DNA of 12,853 bases from Paraspadella gotoi (Eukaryota > Animalia > Chaetognatha): NCBI GenBank assembly GCA_051294375.1, contig JBJCIZ010000280.1:1-12853 (forward strand), given 5' to 3'. The position numbers and the translations under genes were made by a program. Shown here one piece after another: positions 1 to 8,142 of the stretch (its first letter is position 1; each line of letters begins with the position of its first letter). The notes under the pieces are model-generated. The model was not told the origin of the DNA. It searched no databases and saw only the letters and a program-made list of their open reading frames with translations.

Positions 1-215
1 GGAGGGTGCGGCAACCGCGTCTCTCTCGAGTCTCCACCCCTCGTCTCCGCCCGAGTTGAATACTTAAACAGCTCTGAAACCTCACGCCCACGTCCGCCCC
101 TCCGGGACGCCGAATCTGCTCGAATCGAAAACCCCGACCGGCGCGCAAGCTCACTTGCCATTGCGCCAGACTGTAAATACACCGCTTTTGTCCGAGACGA
201 TATAAGCACCAGCAT
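1..215 (-). CDS. Hypothetical ORF running off the left edge (MLVLISSRTKAVYLQSGAMASELARRSGFSIRADSASRRGGRGREVSELFKYSTRAETRGG...)
   Basis: Hand translation: ATG at 215 in GCAACC-ATG context and 71 open codons to the window edge. A pyrimidine tract and TATA-like AT-rich DNA (~270-365) lie upstream on the minus strand. No recognisable domain. Confidence 0.3.
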   Translation of the reverse strand, partial: MLVLISSRTKAVYLQSGAMASELARRSGFSIRADSASRRGGRGREVSELFKYSTRAETRGGDSRETRLPHP

Positions 216-861
216 GGTTGCTCCGAGAAACGGGGGGAAATAGAGAGAGAGAGAGGTTCGATATGATTGTATGTATCTCTTATAGGACGCATGTATATAT
301 GAGGATATAGAGTAGACTATTTATATCTATTATAAAGTATACAAAGCGGAGAGACGTCTATATAGAGAGACAGAGAGTGAAAGACAGGGAGGGAGAGTTA
401 GAGAGAGAGAGATGACAGAAAAAAGATTATAATGTAACAAATAGACTAGCAAAAAAAAAAAATGTTTTGCACTCGTTATTCTCAATCTTGAAGGATGACT
501 TTACCGTCGTCGTCGTTGTTGTTGTTTGTTGTTGTTTGTAAATGTTCAAATTAGGCAGCAACAATCGTGCTGATAAGAAAGCGCTAGACAATACTCGCGA
601 GTTTTTTTACGACTGAAGCTTTGGAACCGATTTTTTCAGTCAAAAGCAAATAGAGAAACGACAAATCGCGAAGAATATTTAAAGAGATGGGCCAGCTTTC
701 TTTGAGAAGACTCCTTTAAAATAAAAAGGGCAGCTGTGAATGGCCAGGCAGGGTCATGGTTTCAAAAAGCGAAGATAGAATGCAAGAGCACAAAAGCAAA
801 AAGAAAAAAAGCAAAGAGAGGGTGAAGTGAGGATAGTGAAAAATGAGAGAAGGGAGGGGGG

Positions 862-863
<2 letters not shown>

Positions 864-901
<38 letters not shown>

Positions 902-979
902 AGATGAGAGAGAGAGAGAGAAGAAGAGAGAGAGAGAGAGAAGAGAGAGAAGAGAAAGAGAGAGAGAGAGAGAGAGAGA
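864..979. repeat. Impure (GA)n microsatellite
   Basis: Directly visible; it generates the spurious ERER/LSLS ORFs. Confidence 0.95.
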
Positions 980-1228
980 ATTAGATAACACCGAGGCAGA
1001 AAAAAAAATCTCCGAAAAAAAAAAGCGACAAAAACAGTGGGAAATAAACTTCGATCGACGACGCCCCCCTCAGTTCCCGCCCCCCCAGAAAAAAAAAGAA
1101 GAAAAAGAAAAAAAGAAAAAAAGAAAAGTCTGGGATTTTGTTTATCGGTGGAGTTGTAGGTCAGCGACTTGAGCCCCGGCGAAAGGATTTTCGAGAGGGA
1201 TAAACGCCGGATATTTTTTGTGGCGGAA

Positions 1229-1242
1229 AGAGAGAGAGAGAG

Positions 1243-1275
<33 letters not shown>

Positions 1276-1306
1276 TAGAAGAGGAGAGAGAGAGATAGAG
1301 AAGAGA
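1229..1306. repeat. (GA)n microsatellite with GAGATA interruptions
   Basis: Directly visible. Confidence 0.9.
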
Positions 1307-1585
1307 AAGAAGAGGGGAAGTTTTATGAAAGTGAACAGAGGGGGGGAGAGTTGTGTGAAAAGGGGTGGAATGGGGGATTACGGGCGTCGAGCAAGGATCG
1401 GCTTGTGAGTCGGGGGTGGAGGTGACGTCAGGTTGACGAGCGCCGAGCGACTCGTAAGGAGGCGGCGGCGTGTTGCGGCTTTACGTGCGGCGGGCGGCGG
1501 CGGCGGCGGCATCGGCGAAAATGTTAGAGGACAATTGTCGAAGATTTTGTGTCCTTTTTTTTGTGTGGGATTAAAGGGGAAAATC

Positions 1586-2116
1586 TTAGCGAAGACGAAG
1601 ACGACGACGACGACGACGAAGAAGAAAAATAAGATATCCTGAAAAAAAAAAATTTACTTTCACCCAAACAAAAGAGGCAAAGAGGTTTCGCTCTTGAGGT
1701 CTGTCTATGTAATGCAACATCCTGAGGGCATTGTCCTTGAGCCCATGTGCGTAAAAAAACTTACAGAGATATTTGTTCGGCTGAAAAACTGTGGCCATGC
1801 GAGTCCGTGCAGCCCTTGCCGTCGAACCAGCGTTTTCCCCATCCCAACAACATTTTCTATTTCTTGCTTTTCTCTTCTTGCATCTTTGCCATAACTCTTC
1901 GCCACAACCTCTGCAACTTTTCTTCGCCACGCACCTTCTTCGCCACCACTCTGCACCCTCATTCGCCACCACCTTTTTTATCCGTAATTCTGACTCCAAT
2001 AAAGATTTCGCTTCCGCTGCTATTTCCACCGGACCTTTTCTGCAGTCTCGGCCAAAAGCTTCCTGCCTTAATTCCTCATAACGCCAACTTAAATTCCGCA
2101 TAACCTCCTTTGACAT
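1586..2116 (-). CDS. Hypothetical orphan protein, 176 aa as read, possibly frameshifted
   Basis: Complex sequence island with an ATG and a long open frame. An overlapping frame (1705-1962) is also protein-like. No recognisable domain, and the 3' end runs into T and GTC repeats. Confidence 0.35.
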   Translation of the reverse strand: MSKEVMRNLSWRYEELRQEAFGRDCRKGPVEIAAEAKSLLESELRIKKVVANEGAEWWRRRCVAKKSCRGCGEELWQRCKKRKARNRKCCWDGENAGSTARAARTRMATVFQPNKYLCKFFYAHGLKDNALRMLHYIDRPQERNLFASFVWVKVNFFFSGYLIFLLRRRRRRLRLR

Positions 2117-2312
2117 CGCGAGAGGGAGTGCGTTGAGTGGGAAGGCGGGAAGATGCCTCTCTCTAATCTGCGTTTTTCCTATCTCTCTTTCTCGCTAACT
2201 TCTTTTTAAAAGGAGACAGAGAGAGAGAGAAAAAAGAGGAAAGAGAGGGCTTAAGCCAGAAAAGATAAGAAAACCGAAAGACCCGAAAGGAGGAAGGGGA
2301 AGTAATTATCGA

Positions 2313-2390
2313 GCTCTTCTCTCTCTCTCTCTCTCTCTCTCGTCTCTCTCTTCTCTCTCTCCTCATCTTCTCTCGTGCTCTCTCATCTCT
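2313..2390. repeat. Impure (TC)n microsatellite
   Basis: Directly visible; opposite polarity to most GA tracts in the window. Confidence 0.9.
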
Positions 2391-2598
2391 CATGCATCTC
2401 TTTCTCGTTGTTTTCTCAGTTTGCCGATATTTTGACGGGCAATGCCAATCGTTTCCCAACCAATAAAGAAAGTTACTTATGAAGTCGAGACCGCAATTAA
2501 GTGAGAAAGGCGATTTCTCAGAAATACAATAAAAATGCATTTGAGTATGTTTTCGTTTTTATGGTTCAATCATCATTGCTCTTTTCGTCATCGTCGTC

Positions 2599-2770
2599 AT
2601 GCGTCGTCCTTCGTTACTCCGTCGTCTGAGGCAAATAGGCGAAGTAGAGGCTAAAGACCGGACTCAGTGGAGAACAATCCGCTCGAGAAACCTTACCGAA
2701 CGATTCCGAGGGGAGGAACTTACCCCTGCTCTCCGCCGGCCTGACGCCCGCGTACGTCTCTCCTTCTCTC

Positions 2771-2809
<39 letters not shown>

Positions 2810-2823
2810 TCTTCTCTCTTTGA
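2599..2823 (+). CDS. Short hypothetical Arg-rich ORF ending in a (TC)n tract
   Basis: ATG in GTC-ATG context and about 53 complex codons, then a microsatellite-encoded tail. No recognisable domain. Confidence 0.2.
2757..2820. repeat. (TC)n microsatellite
   Basis: Directly visible. Confidence 0.9.
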
Positions 2824-2958
2824 AAACCCAATTTCTTTTAATTTTTTCGGTTTAATCGTAACTTGATTATGAAAGGAGATGAGCTTCAACTTCAAAAGCT
2901 ATGCAAGATTTCTTAGCTAAAGTCGTATAAAATGTGAAAAGAGAGAACGGAAAGAAAT

Positions 2959-2963
<5 letters not shown>

Positions 2964-3030
<67 letters not shown>
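2964..3030. repeat. Near-perfect (GA)n microsatellite, about 30 units
   Basis: Directly visible. Confidence 0.95.
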
Positions 3031-3032
<2 letters not shown>

Positions 3033-3360
3033 AGAGAAGCAGTGAGACAAGAAATTGAGGGGAGATCGGAGGCAGGCGAGAGCAATGAAGTTCGGGGGCA
3101 AGTATCATGCTCCACAGGAGATTAAAGCCAAATATCCGCTGAAGTGAATCCCAGTTAATACCAGAACAAGTGATCCCCTAGGCCGAATGAATTGCCCAAA
3201 GATGAGGAAAGAGGAGGCGGAGGAGGATAGGAGGAGGGAGGAAGAGGAAGGAAGAGAGAAAGCTGAATAGGAGAAGAGAAAGACGAGAAAAAAAAATCGA
3301 GGAAGCTTTTCCGAAGGAATATGGGGAATTAGGGGAGAAAAAAAAAAGTCAGAGGAAGAA

Positions 3361-3401
3361 AGAGAGAGAGAGAGGAAGAGAGAGAGAGAGAGAGAGAGAG
3401 A
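3361..3401. repeat. (GA)n microsatellite
   Basis: Directly visible. Confidence 0.9.
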
Positions 3402-3682
3402 ATATGCCCTGCTTTTGTTTGGTGTTATATTTTATTTTAATAAAGTAAAGTATTGAGGTCTATGAAGATTAAAGAATCTACTACTTACATAAAAGTATAA
3501 AAGCTAATAAAATTCTCGAAAAAAAAAGGAAAAAAAAGCCAATGGGAGCGTTAAAAAAAAAGGAAAAGGGGGGAGAAAATGGGCGAAAGAGAGGAAAGTC
3601 TCCCGAGAGCAAAAATAAAGACGCGACGTCCAGGAATGCGGAGCCCAGGGGAAGAAGATTCGGAAGAGATGATGAAGATGCC

Positions 3683-3918
3683 GATGGTTGGGAGGGTGAA
3701 TTGATGCAGAGAGAAGAAGATGGTGGGAGGGTGGGATGTGGTGGGAGGGTGAATTGAATGCAGAGAGAGAGATGGTGGGAGGGTGGGATGGTGGATAGAT
3801 GCGGAGAGTAGAGATGGTGGAGAAGTGGGATGGTGGGAGGGTGAATTGATGGCAGAGAGAGAGATGGTGGGAGGGTGGGATGGTGGTAGATGCGGGAGAG
3901 AGAAGATGGTGGGAGGGT
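3683..3918 (+). repeat. G-rich minisatellite, core TGGTGGGAGGGT, about 92-bp higher-order unit
   Basis: Core copies at ~3685, 3721, 3739, 3773, 3815 (degenerate), 3831, 3865 and 3907, separated by recurring linkers such as GAATTGATGCAGAGAGAGA and GGGATGGTGGATAGATGCGG. 3739-3830 resembles 3831-3920. Confidence 0.9.
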
Positions 3919-4410
3919 AGGAGGAGATGGATGAAGGGAAAGGGTGGCGAGAAACCGCGGATGGATGTGTACACGAAGAGATGTGAGTAGGAGTGAGTGG
4001 GTGGATGACAGGCAAACGGCGGGGGAGAATGAATGGATGCAAAGAGAGAAGAGGAAGGATAGTGAGGCGGAAAGGAAAGAGTGGGTAGTATGATAAAGGA
4101 ATAGGGGAAGGATAGAGAAATGTTGAGATTAACATGTTGGTTAGAGGATATAAACAAGATTCTTCAGTTTGAAGTATAGAGTTGGCGAGAAAGACTAAGG
4201 ATAAGGGAAAAGGGGAAAAATGAGAAAGGAAGAAGGTAAAATGAAAAATGGAAATAAGGGAAAAAGGGAAATGGAAAAAGGCAGAAAGAAGGCTTATAGC
4301 GATGGAAGGTGAGAAAAAGCCGGAAGCGCGGCGCGGTCATGTAGGTTCGTTCGTCGACCCGGTACGATGGGAGAAGGAGAGAGACATACGGAGAGACTCT
4401 CGCGAGAAGA

Positions 4411-4698
4411 GTGATGTCACATCTGCGGAATTCAGCGTTGGAGTTTCTAACACGCGAGCTAGGAAGTAGAGATCGCGATGATCGCTCTTCTTCCACTCCG
4501 ACGGGAGCCGAAGGAAGTGGATCGATTCGCATAATCGAGAGGGAGGCAAGGTATGAAGCGCAGGCAGAGATCACGCCAGAGAGTAAGAGACGACGACTGT
4601 ATGAAATGTCGGACGACAAAGACGTGAGAGTCCGTGAGCAAATATGCATCCAATTGCAATCAACGGTTCTCTATACGCCAGAGAGGGCGAGAAATTAA
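4411..4698 (+). pseudogene. Coding remnant inside the candidate Helitron with an STPR-like motif (ITPESKRRRLYEMS); possible N-terminal fragment of a Helitron transposase
   Basis: 95-codon open frame. ACGCCAGAGAG (T-P-E-x) recurs in frame at 4573 and 4675. The STPR resemblance is from memory and was not tested by a search. Confidence 0.35.
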
Positions 4699-4938
4699 GA
4701 GAACGCGGGGAGGGGGGAATACGATTACGGCGTGCTACGAATCGCTGCTCTAGCGAGCTTCCGAGTGCAGAAAGACGTAACTGAGACATATAATCAGAGG
4801 CTGTCCGTAAGAGAGAGTGTTATAGAGAGTTGAGATTGCGATCCATCGATAGTACAGAGGGGCGAGAGAGATAGAGGCTGAGAGAGCGCGCGCGCGGCGA
4901 GTCTCTCTCTCTCAGAGACGTCTGAGGCGCGCCGGCCT

Positions 4939-5187
4939 CTAGTCAATTGTTAGAGCGATAGTCGCCGCCAGAGTGTGTCGAAGCTCGAAAGACCGGAATG
5001 TATTTGAGCACGAGTCCCACATGTTGCCGAGAGTACGGATAACCAAACATTCCAGGCCAGCGCATGATCGTTTCCGCTGGTCTGCCGGTGACGGTAGAGT
5101 AATACGGAGCGTCGAGGACTCCAACGGGCGAAAGCCGTGCGTCGCGGCAAAGGTCGAAGTATCAAAAGATATTAAAGGTTTTATCAT
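4939..5187 (-). CDS. Short orphan ORF (MIKPLISFDTSTFAATHGFRPLESSTLRITLP...), apparently truncated by the Helitron
   Basis: ATG at 5187 follows a polypyrimidine tract. Its current TAG stop is supplied by the Helitron terminal CTAG. Removing 3477-4942 extends it by SLIFIDLNTLLY to TAA (3439-3437), directly followed by AATAAA (3436-3431). Confidence 0.4.
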   Translation of the reverse strand: MIKPLISFDTSTFAATHGFRPLESSTLRITLPSPADQRKRSCAGLECLVIRTLGNMWDSCSNTFRSFELRHTLAATIALTID

Positions 5188-5225
5188 TTCAAGCAAAAAA
5201 AAAAAAAGAGGGAGAGTAGGGAGTC

Positions 5226-5326
5226 AGAGAGAGAGAAGGAGAGAGGCGAGATGAGGAGAGAGAGAAGAGAGAGAGAGAGAGGGAGTAGAGAGAGAGAGTA
5301 GAGAGAGAGAGAGATGAGAGAAGAGA
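5226..5326. repeat. Impure (GA)n microsatellite
   Basis: Directly visible. Confidence 0.9.
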
Positions 5327-5770
5327 GTTTGTCAACAAAGGGAGACAGTAGGGGTTCGGCGAATTTGGTGAGGCTCTGATTTTCGAAAAGAAAGTCTGGT
5401 GGTCCAGAACTTATTATAATCGAGATGATTTTTTTAACGTATTCCACGACCGCCGACAGAGAGAGAGAGAGAGACAAAGAGTAGAAAAAAAGAAAATACA
5501 AAGTAGTGGTAGAAATGAAGGAGGGAGAGGGAGAGGAAAGAGGAGTGAGAGAGTAGAAATGTCAAGATATGTGGTTAAAAAATGAAGGTCAACGATTTTT
5601 GTTTTGGAACGACTGTGTAACGTGCGATCGGCGTCTGACGAAGTCAAAGTTTCGGCGAGAATGGGTAAGAGGAAGGGGAACGACGGCGAAATGCAATTCG
5701 CCGTTGGCGGATTAGGCTTGAAGGAAGTCGGTATCATAGACGGTAAATGGGAGGAGGATGCAGATGAGGA

Positions 5771-5848
5771 GGAGAGAAGAAGGGAGGAGAGAGATGAGAG
5801 GTATGAGAGAGACAGAGAGAGAGGAGAGAGAGAGAGAGAGAGAGAGAG
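5771..5848. repeat. Impure (GA)n microsatellite
   Basis: Directly visible. Confidence 0.9.
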
Positions 5849-6495
5849 GTGTGAGGAGGTCTTTTGGCCTGAGCCATCTCCGGTTTTTGACGGCGTCGAC
5901 CGTCTCAGGGGAGACGGACGCTCGACGTCATTTTTTTTCCAAGACGATGCCCATCCTCTTTGTGCGGTCCACGTCGTATACATTGCTAGAAGATGAGTAC
6001 TGCCCTACCACGGTCGGTCGAGGGTGTGCTATTAGCGACTTCATGTGGTCGATCACCGGTGATTCATGCACAGGTGGCGATAGTAACATTCACTCGTCGA
6101 AAACTGATAAAAGGAGCATCCGGGCGCGAAATTGGAAAAAGTACAGGGCGTGAAATAATTTGAAAAAAGAGAGAGAAAAGAATAAAAAAAAGAAATAATC
6201 TCATGCGAGCGAGGGTGAAATTTTTAGAAAATCGGATTTCAAAAAAGTCTTCAGCAGAATCTACGAACATAAGGCTCGTCTTTTTTAATTGCAGCCGAAT
6301 CTTGCTTAATTTAATTCATTTCTGATATCAATTTTACTTTTTTCTTTTTTTTAAAAATTCTGTTTCTTTTCGTCTTTCTTCTCAGTTTCATGTTCTTTTC
6401 TTTCTTTTCGGTTTCTTGTTCGTTTGATAGACGACAAAAGAGAATGAATATATCATATTTAAAAGGCTATACTGCCAACGTGATTCAAATATTTT

Positions 6496-6498
<3 letters not shown>

Positions 6499-6541
<43 letters not shown>

Positions 6542-6580
6542 AGAGAGAGAGGAGGGAGAAGGAAGAGAGAGAAGAGAGAG
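6499..6580. repeat. (GA)n microsatellite
   Basis: Directly visible. Confidence 0.9.
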
Positions 6581-6917
6581 GAAGAAATATGGAAGGGTCC
6601 TCTTGGATTATAGAGAGATCATTAAAAATCACAAGGGCCTTTAGAATCGTTTTTAAATGCGTCCCCTGCTTCAGGTGAAATGGTAATGTTTTTAATGGAA
6701 ATGCTTTTTATTGCTACAGCTCGAAAAATTTGCGAGAATAAATGATTATAATAAATGTTTTTTCTTTATCTTTGTTTTTATCCTAGTAGATACACTCTGC
6801 TTTTTGATAATATTTTTCTACGGTTTCGAACGAGAATTATTAATACGCGGTTTTCTGATTGGATGTAGAAATTTTAAATCTTTTTCTTTATCGTCGTCTT
6901 CGATCGTCAATCGTCCG

Positions 6918-6989
6918 TCATCAATCATCATCAATCATCATCATCCATCAATCATCATCATCATCATCATCATATCATCATCATCATCA
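6918..6989. repeat. Impure (TCA)n trinucleotide microsatellite
   Basis: Directly visible. Confidence 0.95.
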
Positions 6990-7339
6990 CATCGAGCCAA
7001 GAAGCATTCCGTCCTTTTATGTAGTCATTTTTTCTTTTTTTTTTCCAAGACCCGAAGGAAAGAACCCCTGAACCTAAATCGGCCGAGCTGTGGCGGTGCG
7101 GCTGTGGCGGCCAGCGGCGGCGCGTTGGCTGTTTTTGTGTAATGCGGCGGTCTCAAGTGGGTGTTGTAAGTGGCAGAGGGACCGACGGCAGAAACGCGGC
7201 CAGCTGGGTCTGAGCGACATCGGCGGCGGCGCACAGCGGCACCGTGGGCAACAGGGCTGAGGAATTTTAAATTTCCAGAGTAACAAAACTCGGATGGAGA
7301 TGCGAGATATGACGGAAAAAGGGATATGCACGTCGCCTG

Positions 7340-7977
7340 CAGTTTAGGTAGAAGTAACCCGAGGTTGGAATATAAATGGTATTTAGAAGGCGAACTTGAT
7401 ATAAGTGGAGAAAACCACGCAACGGAGAATTGGCTGTGACAAATGATTCTGTATATAAGTACGTTAGAGAGAAAAAGAAGAGAGACGAACGAAAAAGAGA
7501 AACCAGAGGAAAAGAGAGAAAGAAAGGGAATTGTGCAATGTAATAGTGAGGAACACTGAACAGAGAAAAATAGGTCAGAAGTGAGAGGATCGAGAGTAGG
7601 AAGTTATCAGACTAATAGAGCGTAGAAAAACGAGAAAGCTTAAAGAGAAAAAAAACTAAATGAAGGAAAATACAACAGACTGTGGCAGGGACCTGTTATG
7701 TTACTTAGTCTGTAAGAGTGATGGAGGCCTTAAACCACCAAAAGCCTGGTCCCAGTCATGGGCAGAGATAGCTTTATGTTATTAAATGAATGGATAATTT
7801 TCACTTTTGGTTGTACGCAATTTCATACACAAAAACAAAAAAATGAAACGAGATAGAAATCTTAAAAAGTAAAAAAGAACATACAAAAAAAAAAGATAAA
7901 GAAATAAAAACGATCTCTCTCCTCTGCTCTCTCTCTCTCTTCTCTCCTCTCGGCTCTCTCTCTCTCTCTCTCTCTCT
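7340..7977 (+). mobile_element. Putative 5'-truncated LINE remnant: 3' UTR, AATAAA and (TC)n tail (left boundary approximate)
   Basis: A-rich sense strand like the downstream LINE. A short frame ends at TGA 7437-7439. A stem pairs 7680-7693 with 7748-7761 around GAGGCCTTAAACCACCAAAAGCCTGGTC. AATAAA at 7903-7908 lies five bases before the (TC)n tract. Confidence 0.5.
7914..7977. repeat. (TC)n microsatellite at the LINE 5' junction
   Basis: Directly visible. Confidence 0.95.
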
Positions 7978-8000
7978 GACCACCGAACCGAACGGACGTA
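7967..8000 (+). promoter_or_regulatory. Putative internal Pol II promoter of the LINE (DPE-like CGGACGT)
   Basis: GGACG at 7994-7998 fits the DPE consensus RGWYV, as used by Drosophila jockey/I/F-type internal promoters at about +28 to +32. That spacing puts +1 near 7967, inside the (TC)n tract. Confidence 0.5.
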
Positions 8001-8142
8001 TCCTCTGAGCTCGAATCTTTTTTTGCCAAATTTCTGGACTTAGAAAATTTTTCAACGAAATCAAGCCAAAGTACACTTATCCTACTAAAATGCGGTACTA
8101 CCTCAAGCTAATAGCAAATCCAAACCTCATTTATCTGTAAAA

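Larger units (their letters stand above)
3477..4942 (+). mobile_element. Candidate non-autonomous (internally deleted) Helitron
   Basis: 5' end is A|TCTACTACTTACATAAAAG (3476|3477). 3' end is the 16-nt hairpin CTCAGA-GACG-TCTGAG (4911-4926), a 12-nt spacer, then CTAG|T (4939-4942|4943). No TSD is seen, as expected for Helitrons. It contains a minisatellite and an STPR-like ORF remnant. No Rep/helicase motifs. Confidence 0.6.

Noticed and set aside
325-362. Second Helitron-like 5' end (ATCTATTATAAAGTATACAAAGC) that also contains AGAGACGTCT
   Set aside because: It resembles 3477-3504 only loosely in AT-rich DNA, and no separate hairpin-CTRR end was found. It remains a weak alternative 5' end.
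716-1408. ORFs rich in ERER or LSLS (also 2867-3125, 5184-5983, 6390-6644, 7801-8076)
   Set aside because: They are stop-free translations of (GA/TC)n microsatellites.
2757-3030. Inverted (TC)n/(GA)n pair as MITE terminal repeats
   Set aside because: Complementarity is limited to simple repeat, with no unique TIR or TSD.
3683-3918. CRISPR-like repeat-spacer appearance
   Set aside because: The linkers are themselves repeated and variable in length, the context is eukaryotic, and no cas genes are present.
3504-4157. 217-aa and 194-aa Pro/His/Ser-rich minus-strand ORFs
   Set aside because: By-products of the G-rich minisatellite and purine skew.
5928-6089. 53-aa minus-strand ORF (MLLSPPVHESPVIDHMK...) whose frame stays open after its TGA
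   Set aside because: The stop adjoins an 8-nt homopolymer and there is no evidence for readthrough, so it is too weak to list as a CDS.
7326-7439. Ig-like fragment VACSLGRSNPRLEYKWYLEG
   Set aside because: Too short, followed by a stop and lacking a second Cys strand. More plausibly the last codons of a truncated LINE, or chance.
7680-7770. HDV-like or hammerhead ribozyme upstream of the LINE
   Set aside because: I could not build the nested double pseudoknot (the P3 loop is too long and there is no P1.1), and there is no CUGAUGA/GAAA core.
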